From assembly GCA_963575745.1 (NCBI GenBank), contig CAUYUJ010000235.1, positions 1-64,000 on the forward strand: a DNA stretch of 64,000 bases. The letters are read 5' to 3'. Below, in pieces: positions 1 through 13,490 of the stretch. Made by a program: the position numbers and the translations under genes. The notes beneath the pieces were generated by a model. It saw only the letters and a program-made list of their open reading frames with translations, was not told the DNA's origin and searched no databases. The stretch comes from Prorocentrum cordatum. Lineage: Eukaryota. The first letter of the stretch is position 1. Every line of letters begins with the position of its first letter.

Positions 1-396
1 TTTTTTGGACCCTGACCCCGCGGATCTGCGTGAGGGGTGGCACCGAATTTCAGAAATGTGGCAACTCCCCTGTGTTTTTGGACCCTGACCCCGCGGATCT
101 GCGTGAGGGGTGTCGATTTCGAGCCCCCCCAGCAATTCAGACAACGCGCCCAGGGGGTGCTAAAAAGCCGGTTTGGGCCTCCCCCCCCCCTCGCGCGGTC
201 AATCAACTAGTTACAGTAACCAGCAATAAGCAGAACTGTAACACTGGAAACTACAAGCTACAACTGGTACAGGAAACTGCGAATCCCGCTCCTCGCAGCC
301 TGGTGGCCCCACAAGGGGGCCGGCTGATTTTCTTCAAAAGAAGGAGCATGTATCTTCCCGCCGAAGCCGGACTTCTCGGTTCCCCTCCGCGTTGGT

Positions 397-599
397 TAAT
401 GGAGGATGACGATTAATAAATGACCGGGGGTCGTGTTCACGCGGCGGCGCCCGGGATGACGATTAGAAAAACCAGCCGCGGGCTGGAAAACCATTTCTCG
501 AGACGTTCTCCTCCAGTCAGAAAATTGTGCAGAAATAGCAGAACCACTATTTTTAAACATCGTTCTCTCCCTTGTTTTAGGAATCGTCATCCCGCATTA
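397..599. mobile_element. MITE family M1, copy 1
   Basis: Inverted ends taatggaggatgacgatt / aatcgtcatcccgcatta, with terminal TA probably the TSD. Second copy at 10038-10241. Confidence 0.8.
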
Positions 600-1244
600 T
601 ATCTGCTGCGCGCGATCGCTCGTCCTGCACACTCCCCACGCAGCGCTTGTACCCAGGGCTTCGGAGTTGTTCCCCGAACCGTGCTTGCACTGAGGGGTTC
701 TTACTTTTGTGCTGAGGCAACTGAGGGCCGCCGCCCGCGCGGCGGCACGGCGCAGCGCCCGAGAGGAGGAGGAGGGGGGGAGGAGTGAGGGAGGAAGGAG
801 GAGGAGGGACGAGAGGAGGAGGAGGAGGGATGAGGAGGGATGAGGAAGAGTAGGAGAAGGAAGGAGGCAGGATGAGTAGAGGAGGAGGAGGAGGAGGAGG
901 AGGAGGAGGAGGAGGAGGAGGAGGAGGCCCCAGTGGCGGTCTGGCCAGCTTGTCGCGCCCGTCGCCGCCCGTCGCCGCCCGTCGCCGCTGGGCCCCGGAT
1001 GGCGGCCTGGTCGGCTCGTCGCCGCCCGGCGCCACGTCGTTTTGCAGCACGCTGCATTGCTTCGCACTGCTTTTCCACTGCTTCGCACTGGTTTGCGTCC
1101 CTCCTCCCTCCTCCTCCTCCTCCTCCTCCTCCTCCACCTCTCCTCCTCTCCTCCTCTCCACCTCCTCCTCCTCCTCTCCTCTCCTCCTCCTCCTCCTCGC
1201 GTTGCTGTGCCTTGCTCTGCACTGCTCCGCAGTGTGTTGCACTG

Positions 1245-1425
1245 CTCCAGATTTCGTAAGAAAGGGAGGGGGGTCTCATTTCGGGGGGGGTCTTTTCCAA
1301 GCTGTCTTGGAGGGCCTGGGGGGGTCTGGGGACGATGTTTTGGAGGGTTCTCCCAGGGGGGGGGGGTCTAAAACTTTTCGTCTGGGAGGGTTGAGACCCC
1401 CTCCCTTTTATTACGAAATCTGGAG
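1245..1425. mobile_element. Stowaway/Tc1-mariner-like MITE M2, copy 1
   Basis: ~28 bp TIR ctccagatttcgtaa(g/t)aaagggagggg; flanks TG / TA. Inverted copy at 37102-37279. Confidence 0.85.
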
Positions 1426-2689
1426 TACGTTGCGTTGATCTGCATTGAGGTGCACTGGTTTGCACTGCTCTGCGTTACGGTGCACGGATTTGCATAGATT
1501 GGTGGGCTTACGCCACAACGCCGACCCTTTGTGGCGCTGGCGGTTGTTGCGTGCTGCTCCTGGGGGGCTCTTGTGTGCATTTTGGGGGCTTCTTGGAGCT
1601 CTTTTGGGGTTTGGGGCCTCTTGGGGGCCTTTTCGGGGCCTCTTGGGCTGACATTCTCAGTTTTCGCCGTGCACGCATGGGGAAACGGGCGAGAGCCCAC
1701 GTATACAGGATATAAACGGCTGGCATCTGTCAAAGCACCCGAAGAATGATATCGAATGGCCTGCGGCATGTCCCGCTACCGTACTTGGGTTGCGGGTCTG
1801 AGGCCACTCGGATGGTTGATGGGGTCTAGTGGGAGGCGTCTCGGGGGCGTCATGGAGGCAGTCTTTGAACCTCTTGGGGGCCCCCTGGGGGGGCTTTTTG
1901 CGGCCATCTTGGGGCTCCCTGTGGCTCATTGAAGGCTTCTTGGGGCAACCCGGAGGCGTCTTGGGGTGGAAGACTCGAAATGTCCGTTCGGGTTCCTTCT
2001 CTGGGCCCCCGTTTGGGGCTGTCCTGGGGCCCTCCTGGGCCGTCTTGGGGGCTTCTTGGGCAGTCTTGGGGCCCTCTTGGGTCGTGTTGGAGCCCTCTCG
2101 GGGGCCTCTTGGCCCGTCTTGGGGCGATCTTGAAGGCCTCTTGGGCCGTCTGGGACGTTGTGAACGCCCAACAGGCGAATGTGCTAAACATGCACGTTTT
2201 CCAAATGGAATGGAACGATTTGTTTTTCTGGAGGCCCTATTGGGACGCTTATTGGGGGCTTATTGGGGCGTCTTGGGGGCCTCTCGGGCCGTCTGGAGGC
2301 CAGCGTGGTCGTGTGGGATCGATATTTCAACGACTCGTGGCTTTTGTGGATCGCCCCAAGGGCTTCTTGGGGCCCTCTTGGCTTGCTTTGGAGCCCTCTG
2401 CACCGCGGATGCGTTCACCCAGATCCCTGGAGACCCACCCTCCAAATCGACCGGACCTGGCTCCCGGAGGAGGGCTTTGGGGAGGGGCGGGGGAAACATC
2501 TCACACGCAGGTGAACCCCAAGGGATTGTGTTGAATTGTTTTGTATTGATTTGTATTGATTTGTATTGGTTTACATTGGGTTGCATTGCTTTGCATTGAT
2601 GTGCACGGATTTGCATAGACTTGCATTGCGTTGCATTGCTTCGTCATGCTTCGCAGTGCTCTGCATCCCAAAGATGGTACCACATGGAA

Positions 2690-2975
2690 TGCACCACCTA
2701 GCTTGCACCACCTTGGTTGCACCGCATAGATTGCACATCATAGTTTGCAAGAAATCACTGTTCGGGGTCCCCGCTGGCTAGCGTACGCGTATGACAAAAG
2801 TGTTGCATTGATGTGCGTTACGTTGGTTTGGATTGTTTTGCTTTGATGTGTATTCCTACGCGTTGCTTTGCATTGCTTTGCACCACCTAGATTGCACCAC
2901 ATGGAGCGCACCACCTCGATTGCACCTCATAGAATGCAAGGAATCACTGTTTGGGGCCCACGCTAGCCAACGAAT
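2690..2975 (+). repeat. Two truncated 3' ends of R2
   Basis: tgcaccac-type ~20-mers ending ggggtccccgctggctagc (~2765-2782) and ggggcccacgctagccaac (~2953-2971). Confidence 0.6.
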
Positions 2976-3429
2976 ACATGCGTCGATGTCGATATCTCTA
3001 TATACATATAGATATGTGTATATATATATATATATATACATCTGGCAAAAGCGTGCCAGCTAGTCCCAGTATCTCTCCACCATCCCTGTCAATGTATATC
3101 ATGCGGTGCACGTGCGTACGTGCGTTGATCTGCGGCGGCGACGCCGTCGCAGATGTTCAAGGATGAACACCCTCCAGGGGTCCAGCTCAGGCCCCAGGAC
3201 CCACAGAAAACCATATACACAAATGGGACTTTCAACATTTTCTGGGGACCTTCGAGAGCAGGGATCGCTCAAGAGTGAAAGGTTCACCCGACGTCAACAG
3301 ACAGAGCCCATGTCGTCAAGGCAAGGCGAGATTTTGAGGTACGCCACCATCCAATAGCTTAGCCGTACTGAGTGTTCTGGTGGGGGTCCCTTGCCCCGAT
3401 GTCTTGCGACAGCGTTCAAAACGCAGTCG

Positions 3430-4640
<1,211 letters not shown>

Positions 4641-5299
4641 CGATCGGTGTTTCACGGTACGCCGATATTGTGGAAGAGTGGCGTGACACCAAATATCGAT
4701 ATGATGAATAGTATGATTGAATGGGAGTGGACTACCCGTCGTTGGCAAGCGATGCCAGGGATGTAAGTTTTGGCTGCGCTTGCCGACGCACTCGGGATCT
4801 TGAGCTTGGGAGCGAGATTACCAGCCAGTCTGCTTCGCAAGCCCCTGGGCTTTCGCTCGTTGCATTGGCCGTGGATGGCAACGATGCTCTTTGCGATTGG
4901 AATGTCGTAAGCATCGAAGATGCAGGCAGAACCAGAGGCGCGTGGCGAGCGCGGATGCAACTCTGCGGTGGCCGCGCTGTTTCCCACCGGGCTTACCGAA
5001 CCGCAGGGGATTGCCAATGGGCGCTGCGCTTTGTCCAGAGAAGGATGTGCCCAAGACCGACAAGGACGATCGCCGCCCATCGCTAGTGTCTTGGGTTTGG
5101 GGGGTCGTTGGGCTGTCCTTTTCCCAGACGCAACGCTGTCCGTCCGGGAAGGGGAGGGGTGGAATGGAAGGAGGAGGGGGGAGGGGGCGAAGTCGACAAC
5201 CAGGGCGAGGAGGCGGGGGCGCAGCCTGATCTTCGTTTTGCTTCCCATCCTTTTCTTATCATGCCCCCATTTTTCCTCCCTCCTCGCTCCCTCTCTGCC

Positions 5300-5695
5300 T
5301 CGCCTCCTCCTCCTCCTCCTCCTCCTCCTCCTCCTCCTCCTCCTCCTCCTCCTCCTCCTCCTCCTCCTCCTCCTCCTCCTCCTCCTCCTGTGGGGGCCAG
5401 GGTCCGCCTGGCCTCGCCTGGCCGCCCGCGGTCAGGCCCCCCCCGGCCGACCCGACCGCCCGAGTCGGGGCCCGCCCAGGAGGAGGAGGAGAAGGAGGAG
5501 GAGGAGGAGGAGGAGGAGGTGGAGGAGGAGGAGGAGGAGGAGGAGAGAAGGAGGAGGAGGAGGAGGAGGAGGAGGAGGAGGAGGAGGAGGAGGAGGAGGA
5601 GGAGGAGGGACGGAGGAGGGACGGAGGAGGAGGAGGGCGAGGAGGAAGAGGAGGAGAAGGAGGAGGAGGAGGAGGAGAAAGGAGGAGGAGAAAAG
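5300..5695. repeat. (CCT)n followed by (GGA)n tracts
   Basis: Directly visible. A mirror arrangement, (GGA)n then (CCT)n, occurs at 762-1198. Confidence 0.95.
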
Positions 5696-6956
5696 AGGAA
5701 GATGGGTGAGGATGAGTGAGGATGGGGAGGATGGGTGAGGTTCCACACCGCCCTGCCCGAACGCGTGAATCGAGCGTGGGTCTGCCGATGTTCTGTGGAC
5801 GAGCCCGTGCGGAATGTTGATGCTCCAGTCTTCCCGTGGGATGTCTACAGCGGGAGTGCGCGTCAAATTTTAGGCTTGGTCTCCTCATTTTCTCGACGGC
5901 CTCGCCAGGCGAACCCGAGTCCCCCCAAGCCTGAGTCTCCCGTCTTCCTGACCGATCTCGTCGCCGTCGTGATCGGAAGTCCGCCGTCACGACGTCTGCG
6001 CGACTTGGGCCCTGGAGACCTCGCATCCCCCGTGCCCCGTGGACGGCGCCCAGCCGCCAGAGGCGCACACCACGGATCGGTCCAAGTCTAAGAACCCAGC
6101 GTTGCATACACATGAACTGCAGGAGGTCCGCGCGCCTTTCTCGGCTCAGCGCTGGGCCCCCTCTGGCAGCGCGTGCGGCGCCGCCCCTGGCGCGCTCGGC
6201 GCCGCCAGAGGGGGGGTTTCAGCGCCGATCCAAGAAATCCGCGCGGATCCCCGAAAGTTCATGGTTATTTGACTGATTGTTCCTCTATCGATGCGCCCGC
6301 CCGGGTGAGGACCCGCCCCCCAGACCTCACCCGACCGCCCGACGTGGCGTCCGCCGTCTTGTTTTCTTGTGTTTTTTCCGTGTAGCGCGAGTGGGCAGAG
6401 CAAGAGGGCAGGGAGTGATGAGGGTGACCACTTGACAGACAAGGGAGCAAGTATGGTTTGACCGCTCTTGAAAGCAATACGGCCATCCGTCGCAAGACAA
6501 TGTGTTGCTTCCCACCGGTGCGTCAAAGCTCATATGAGTCAGAGTGTGTTCCTCGGCGATCGCAACGTCTGTCTGCCGAGGGTGGCCTTGGTTGTCGAAT
6601 TGTGCTGCTGGGCCCGCATCTACAACAATTGCTCCCGCATGGAATGCCCTCCGACGCTCCTGTATACAGGGACTCGAATTGTTTTTTGAATACGTCAAGG
6701 AATCTACGCCTCCGACTGCCCGAAATCCTCCACTGCTTCAAAGATTGACGTGTCTGAGCCCCCCAAATACTCGAGGGTGCTTTCGGGGTCTCTTGGGGGC
6801 TTCTGCGGGGCTTCCAGGGGGGCCCATTGGGCTTCTTGTGATCTTGTTGAGCCCGATGGGTTCACCGATCTCTCCCCTGGAACAGTTGGGTTGAAGCATG
6901 CCGGGGCCGCATTGCCGGGTGCTAGGACCAGTTTAAGTCTTACTTTGTGGTTGTTG

Positions 6957-7132
6957 CAGTCGGGGCGCTGAAGAAGGAACCCTGTTCGTTGGGGAGGGGC
7001 TCGGTGTTCCTTGATTGTTTTACAGTTTGCCTTGGGTTTTGTTCAGGTTTTCAATGGTAAATCGAAGTTTAACTTATGGAAAGAAGGGGCCTTGTTCCTT
7101 CTTCAGGGTTCCTTAGGTCAACGCCCCGACTG
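6957..7132. mobile_element. Tc1-like MITE M3, copy 1
   Basis: TIR cagtcggggcg(c/t)tga...aaggaaccctg. Second copy at 55234-55408. Confidence 0.8.
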
Positions 7133-8327
7133 GATTGGCCGTCTCATGGGACGGTCAGGTCGTGATGTTGTGGAACACGTTGGGAAATTGTTAGGGCCTT
7201 GCACGACCTCTGTACAGGTTTCGAGAAATTACGAGGCCATTGTTGGCCGCAGCGCTTGGCAAGCCGACAACATTGGTAATTGCGCGTTCATGCGCTTGAG
7301 TTTCGAATGGTCTCTAAGGATGGATCCATCGGTGCTTTAAGACGTCTGACTTATGTAGAGCTTCGTGGGGAAATATTGGTTGAAGGAAGAGTTTGTGCAA
7401 CAAGTATTGTGGAACCACATCACATGAGCTCCCTCCGACCCCCGGCCTTAACATTGAACAAACGTTCCCAGAGAAGTGTGGCCAGCAACATTTTGAACCC
7501 ACCATCTCGAATGCAATACTTGCCAATTTGAATGCCTGAGATGGAGGGATTAAGCTGGTTCGGTCTAGATCGGGCGCTGGTGTTGCAAAGTCTGTTCCTT
7601 CAATTGTAGGGCACCTTACAGTCGTCTTGGAGGGCTCTGGGGCGCCTTGGGGCTGTGCCACGGTTGTGGGAAGCGCCGCACGCAGCACAAATCACGTGGT
7701 GACGTTCGAAAAAGTGTCACAAGACTGACGCGCTGAAGGGGCCCGCTTTTGCAGACGCACTGCCACATGTTGCCAGACGACACAGCAATTCGAGTACACT
7801 TACCATCGAAAACGGCCCCGGCCCTTTGGCCCAGCGTTTCCTCGTCACTCTCTCGAGAGCTGCTCAGCAAAACATTGACCTTCTCTGCACCGACACGGAG
7901 GCGCAGAGTTGGCCCGGTTTGCGCCCAATATTCTGTCCGACAGGTGGCTCTGAACCAGAAGCTCTTAACCTGACGCCCAGGCATGTTCTTCGAAGTCTCT
8001 GGCACCAGCAGCGGCAGCAGCGGCTCGGCCTGTGAGATTCCGTCCCCTCATCCTTTCCGTTGTCTGGTGTCTGAATGGGTGCGGCCATGGTCACGATACG
8101 GCGCTGCGTGGGAGTCGGAGAAGAGAGAGAGGGGGGAGGATAAGCCAGGGGCGCTCTGACATCCTACTCCTCCCACCCTTTTTTTCCATGGCACTGGTTT
8201 GTCTCAATTCGCGACCAGTGTCATAGCGGGCCTGTACCTCCTAAAGGGACCCCATCTCGTCATGCGCCATCAGCAAAGGGGAGTTGTGGACATCGGACGA
8301 GGCGGATGAGCAACAGGATGATGATGC

Positions 8328-8360
<33 letters not shown>

Positions 8361-9416
8361 GGAGGAGGAGGAGGAGGAGGAGGAGGAGGAGGAGGAGGAG
8401 GAGGAGGAGGGGGGGTGGGGAGGAGGAGGAGGAGAGAGGAGGAGGAGAAGAGGCGGAGGAGGAGGAGGAGGAGGAGGAGGAGGAGGAGGAGGAGGAACAG
8501 CAGCAGCACGAGCAGGAGAAGGAGGAGCGGGAGAAGCAGGAGGGCATAGGGGAGGGCGGCGGGTGGGAGGGGAGCGGGGGGCGACAGCGACGGGGAAGGA
8601 CCCGGCCCAGAATTGAGGCCCGCGCGGGGGCGAGAACGCCAATCTGAACGACGGGAGCAGCGCGTCGTTCCTCGAATTATTTGAGGATCCTCAAATCATG
8701 TGAGGATCATTTGAGGATCCAGCTTCGCGATTCGATGCTGGCCTCATTTGAAATGAGGCCAGCGCTGCAGCGGGAGCACCATCTTGAACTGCCGAATTGA
8801 ACGAAACGATGCAGTAACGAGCGCGTTTTGGATGCCTACACGTTTCTTGCATGCGGGACAACAGCGAAAGCTGCCCCGCTCGGACAGGACCCAGGAAGAG
8901 ACGAGGGGAGCATGCAGACCGAACCAGTGCGAAGGAGGAAACGGAGGAATTGCCGGGAGGAGGAGAAGGAGGAAGGAACGCGGGCCCAGGAGCACGCGGA
9001 GCTTGGCCAGTCTTTCGAGGAGGAGGACGTTACGAGGAGCGTGCGCATCCACCAGAACACGGACCGTCAGATTGTCGCGGCGTGCTGGCTGTATGCGAGC
9101 TTATTCGTTGAGGGTTGTAAGCTCTAGGTGCCAGCGAAAGCCCCGTCATGGATGGGTTGTGGACCGCCCCGCTGTTTCATCAGATCGGGGAGATCCGGGA
9201 GCCTTGCGTTTTCCGAGTGTGTTTCCCAATCAACACGGTCGGCACAACCGGCACACCGAAGTACATGACGGTACCTCTACACGTGCATGCCCAGCTGCGT
9301 GCAGCAGGTCCCAGCCCCCTGGCCAGCACCCTGGATGATGGTTGTTCGGCGGGCGCACGGGAGGCCGTAAAGTGTGACACCTCGTGTCACGACGCCTGGG
9401 AGGTCCGAGCCACAAC

Positions 9417-9592
9417 TCACCACCAACCAAACCACCCCAACCCAACCCGAAGGCCCCGATTTGCCCTCCAGTTCCAGTGGGGGGGGGGTCGGGGAACACA
9501 GAAAAAGCACATATGAAGCCTGTACCCCCCCCCCCAACCCGAAATTCGGGTTCTCGGGTTGGGTCGGGGTGGGGTGGTCTGGTAGGTAATCA
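9417..9592. mobile_element. Short element with imperfect inverted ends, flanked by 50-bp direct repeats
   Basis: Direct repeats at 9367-9416 and 9593-9642 (48/50 identical). Inner ends accaccccaacccaacccga / tcgggttgggtcggggtggggtggt. Confidence 0.65.
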
Positions 9593-10037
9593 GTAAAGTG
9601 TGACACCTCGTGTCCCGACGTCTGGGAGGTCCGAGCCACAACGTGTGACTCACTCCTCCGCGTCGTGTCCGAGTTCTCTTCTTCTCCTCGGTCGTCGTCG
9701 GCCTCTCTCTTCCTTCCGTGTCCTTTTTCCTGGGCTCCCGCGGGGCTGCCTTGGAGAGGTCCCTTGGGCCACTTCGGGCCGTTTTTGGGGGGCCCTCTTT
9801 TGGGCCGTCCTTGTGGGCTCTCTGGAGCAGCTGTGGGGCCTCCTCGGAGGCACATGGAGCCATCTTGGCGGCCCTGTTTGCCTGCCTGGGCAGTCTTGGA
9901 AGCCTGGGAGCGCGGATGATCCAGCGGTGACCCCCGGGAGCGCGGATCCATGTCGTTTTGCGCTGGGGATCGTGGCATCGACGGCGCAGATCAGTCGCTC
10001 TTGGCAGAGGAAGCGCGGGTGGAGTCAAGCAGGTGAG

Positions 10038-10241
10038 TAATGGAGGATGACGATTGGTAAATGACCGGGGGTCGCGTTCACGCGGCGGCGCCCGGGATGA
10101 CGATAAGAAAAAACCGGCCGCGGGCTGGAAGACTATGTTTTACGTCGCTCTCCTCCAGTCAGAAAATTATGCAGAAATAGCAGAACACTATGTGTTTCAC
10201 CGTTCTCTCCCATTTGTTTGATTAATCGCCACCCCGCGTTA
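10038..10241. mobile_element. MITE family M1, copy 2
   Basis: Colinear with 397-599 over ~200 bp, with different flanks. Confidence 0.8.
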
Positions 10242-10529
10242 TGATGAGAGGGCGGGCTCTTGTGAAGATGACACAGCAACCGAACCCAGCAGCCCGGCGG
10301 CCCCCGCGTGAGACGTGGGCGGGCGGCGTCTGGGCCCGGGCGGCGGCAACCTTTTGGGAGGCGGACGACGCGGCCGCGGCCTGTCACCGCCATGCCTCCT
10401 CCTCCTCCTCCTCCTCCTCCTCCTCCTCCTCCTCCTCCTCCTCCTCCTCCTCCTCCTCGTGCCTTTCCCAAGAGCAGAATGTTCGACCTCCCCGGGGAGG
10501 GGCTCGGGGTGGAGAGGGGGGGGGGGCCT

Positions 10530-10655
10530 GGCATCGCTCGGACGCGTGCATTTTTTTCTCGGCGGGGACCATCGAGGAGCATCCCTGATCATTTGGCGAA
10601 AAAACCACGCGTGAAACCGACAAAAGCACAGGGAATGGACGTCCGAGCGATGGCC
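10530..10655. mobile_element. MITE M4, copy 1
   Basis: TIR catcgctcggacg / cgtccgagcgatg. Second copy at 59442-59569. Confidence 0.75.
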
Positions 10656-10850
10656 AGTGGAGGCGAGGGCCTCGCACGGGGGGCGAGTGTGCGGACCGTG
10701 CTCGCGATGTCTTCCTCGTTGCGGCGGCCTGCAGCGGCTGTTCGCCCCGCGTGGGGCCGCCAGCTTCTTCCCGTGAGTCGTAGTCTTTGTGTGTGATGTT
10801 GCTGCTTGCTGCGCACGAGGAGCGTCTGGCACTGCGATCGCGTATGCGTT

Positions 10851-11039
10851 GACGAACCAACAGCACACACACCCATACCCATAGAGGGGTCGGAGAGGGC
10901 TATGGGTGCGTGTTGTCGGATGGGGGTCCCCGCTCGAACGGGAGCGTTCCCCAGGGCCCGACAACCCGCACCCATACCCATAGCCAGTCCTCCTCCCAAC
11001 GACACCCCTATGGGTATGGGTGTGTGTTGCTCGTTGGTC
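10851..11039. repeat. Foldback palindrome (~190 bp)
   Basis: cacacacccatacccatag...gtcg pairs with cgac...ctatgggtatgggtgtgtg; inner ggctatgggtgcgtgttgtcgg pairs with ccgacaacccgcacccata...gcc. Confidence 0.8.
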
Positions 11040-13490
11040 ATGGGTGGCGTGGGTAGCTTCTGTTGTTCAGATCAAGCCAACCCGAGGCAGCTGTGAAGTG
11101 TGCGCCTGGATGGTGGGCTTCAGTGCAGAGATTACGGCGCCTGTCAGAAGCATAATCTCGAGCGTGCATATCTTATGGTCAATGTGCTGTTGGTAGATTG
11201 CCTGCCGAGGACGAGAGGGATCCGCACATGAAGGCCACGAACTTGTTAATGATGACATCGGTGGCTCGCGATTGTAGAGCGCGGTGCTTGCGCAGGAGAG
11301 GGGCCTCTGGAAAGTGGGAAGCACGCGTGATGCAGCATAAAAGCCGAGGGTAACAGGAAGGTGTCCAGCGCCACAAAATCATAAGTGTCGTCTTGCACGT
11401 CGCGGTCGTATGCGTGTATGTTCTCCGATTGCGTTGGTGTGGACGGAGGGGCGCCTCACGTCGTGCAGCGGTGCGAAGGAGAGGTGAGCGGAGAGGGGTT
11501 GGTTCTTGAAAGTGTCGGCAATCGAAAAGTGCAGGAACTATGACCCAGCTATTTGCGGCGAAGTTCGCCACCGTGCCAGCGCTGCGTTGCCATATTGAAA
11601 TACATGCGCACACAGAGGCAGGATGCTTACATCGGACTCTCCCGTGGAGGCCCAGTAGAGCCATGCCAGTGCGAGGCCCAGGCTGGCTCCTGGGGCGCTC
11701 TTTGGCCATCTTCGGCGCGCTGGTGATTCCACGCTGTCCCGAAGAGGTTCGGTCCACGGCCTTGGGGGCCGCGCGAGAAACAGCGCCACGATGTTGCAGC
11801 GATGCTTCCATCGCACTGCCTCTGGACGGCGTGGAGGCTTCTTGTGGGCTTGCCCGGAGCCGCTTCCGACGCCTGGGCTAAGCGAAGACGTGCACGCCGT
11901 AGCTTCCAGGCGAGCTCTGCACGGCGCTCCGGCGAGGCTGTCTTTGTGTGCCCGCTCGCGCGCGGCCACGGGGCCTGACGCGCTGGCAAGCGAGCGAGGT
12001 GCGCCGCACTCCGGGAGCGCAATTCTCACATAAAAGAGTGCGCGGCAGTGAGGCGAGAGCGACATGCCGCCGCCTCGCGGGCGATTTGCGCCACATCCCA
12101 CTGTTGCTACGTATCTTGCAGCGGCGAAAGGAAAACGTATCGGAAGCCGATGCGCCTTTCACCTGTACGACGGAAGTCTCCGTCCCCAGGTCGAGCCGAC
12201 ATCGCCGGGCTGTGTGGCAGAGTGAATTCATAAAGATATCCGCGGCAATTTCCACGAATGGAACTTGGGAGCGTGGCATTGCGGTTTGGAGCTTGAAGCC
12301 AATTGCACAAACACATGTATGTATACAGACACATACGGTTGCGGACATTGTTCACGTCCATGGCACGCTGCTTCGTCCTATCGTTTGCTCGTTGCCGTGA
12401 GCCCCCGTCGACTCCCGAGGTGGAGCTAAAGATCGTCACAGACAAGGGCGTCAGCATCAGACCACTGACAGTGGCGCCTGGAAAAAGCATCTACATCTAG
12501 AAGGCTGCGCCCTCTGCCGCCATTCCCCCCCCCGACTGAAACAGAGTGGGGCAATGTTAAAACTGAGTTGACCCTCTTCGGTGCCTTTTTGGGTCACCTC
12601 GGCCACAGATTCTGCAATACAGTGACATTCGGCCCACCCCGCCACCGTACCTGCGTCTAGCCACAGTTCCGAGACCTCGGGGAAAGTCACGCCAGGAGCC
12701 TTGAGAGAGAATCTGAGCGCAGTCATATTGAGGTATTGTGCTTTCTTTGAGAGTGTTGACAACACCAAACGTTGCGAGCTCTGAGGACCTGAGGACACTG
12801 CACTCAGTGCTTGCGGCTTAGTGGAGGGCGTTGAGGCAGTGTGGGGGCCTATGGGCGCCATTTTCGTTACTGTTCATTCTGGCCTTAATGGGACATCACG
12901 GATATGTGCTGGGCGATCTTTGGCGAGATTGGAGGCTTGCTGGAGTTTTGAGAGGGGTCACCTTGTGCCAAGTCGGGGTTCATCTTGCGCCCCCCCCCGC
13001 CCCTCAGCAGCGTTTTGAAAACATGTAAAGATCTCTGAAGAGCAAAACAAGCGGCATCCACAACGTTTTAATTGAGGGGGCAACCCTTCGTGTGATAAGG
13101 AGGTAAGGGGGATGGGTGCATTTTTCGGCTTGTGATTGGCGTCGGATCGGGTTCGCGACAGATCTAGCTATGAGACCGCCCTGCTGGTGATATGGAGGAT
13201 GGGGGGCGACATCAATTTTGATTTGCGTTCAGCGCACAGTTCAATCCACAATACTGGAGCCCCTTGACCTGGAGGGACTCATCGTTGTAGTATCGCAGCC
13301 CTCTCCGTAACTGTTTACTCATATATGTACAACTGCATACCTAAATCTATGTCAAGCCATACGTATGTCTGCACATCGATCGACCTATCGGCCAGACACA
13401 TATACATGATTATGCGTGTACCCGCCTGCATACCCAACTACACATTAATCGGTGAATGTGTTTACGTATCAGAGAGAGCGTGATCCACCC

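Noticed and set aside
6853..6880. PMGSPISP resembling the Penelope-type RT motif
   Set aside because: Isolated; no upstream D motif or downstream YxDD in frame, and it adjoins repeat sequence.
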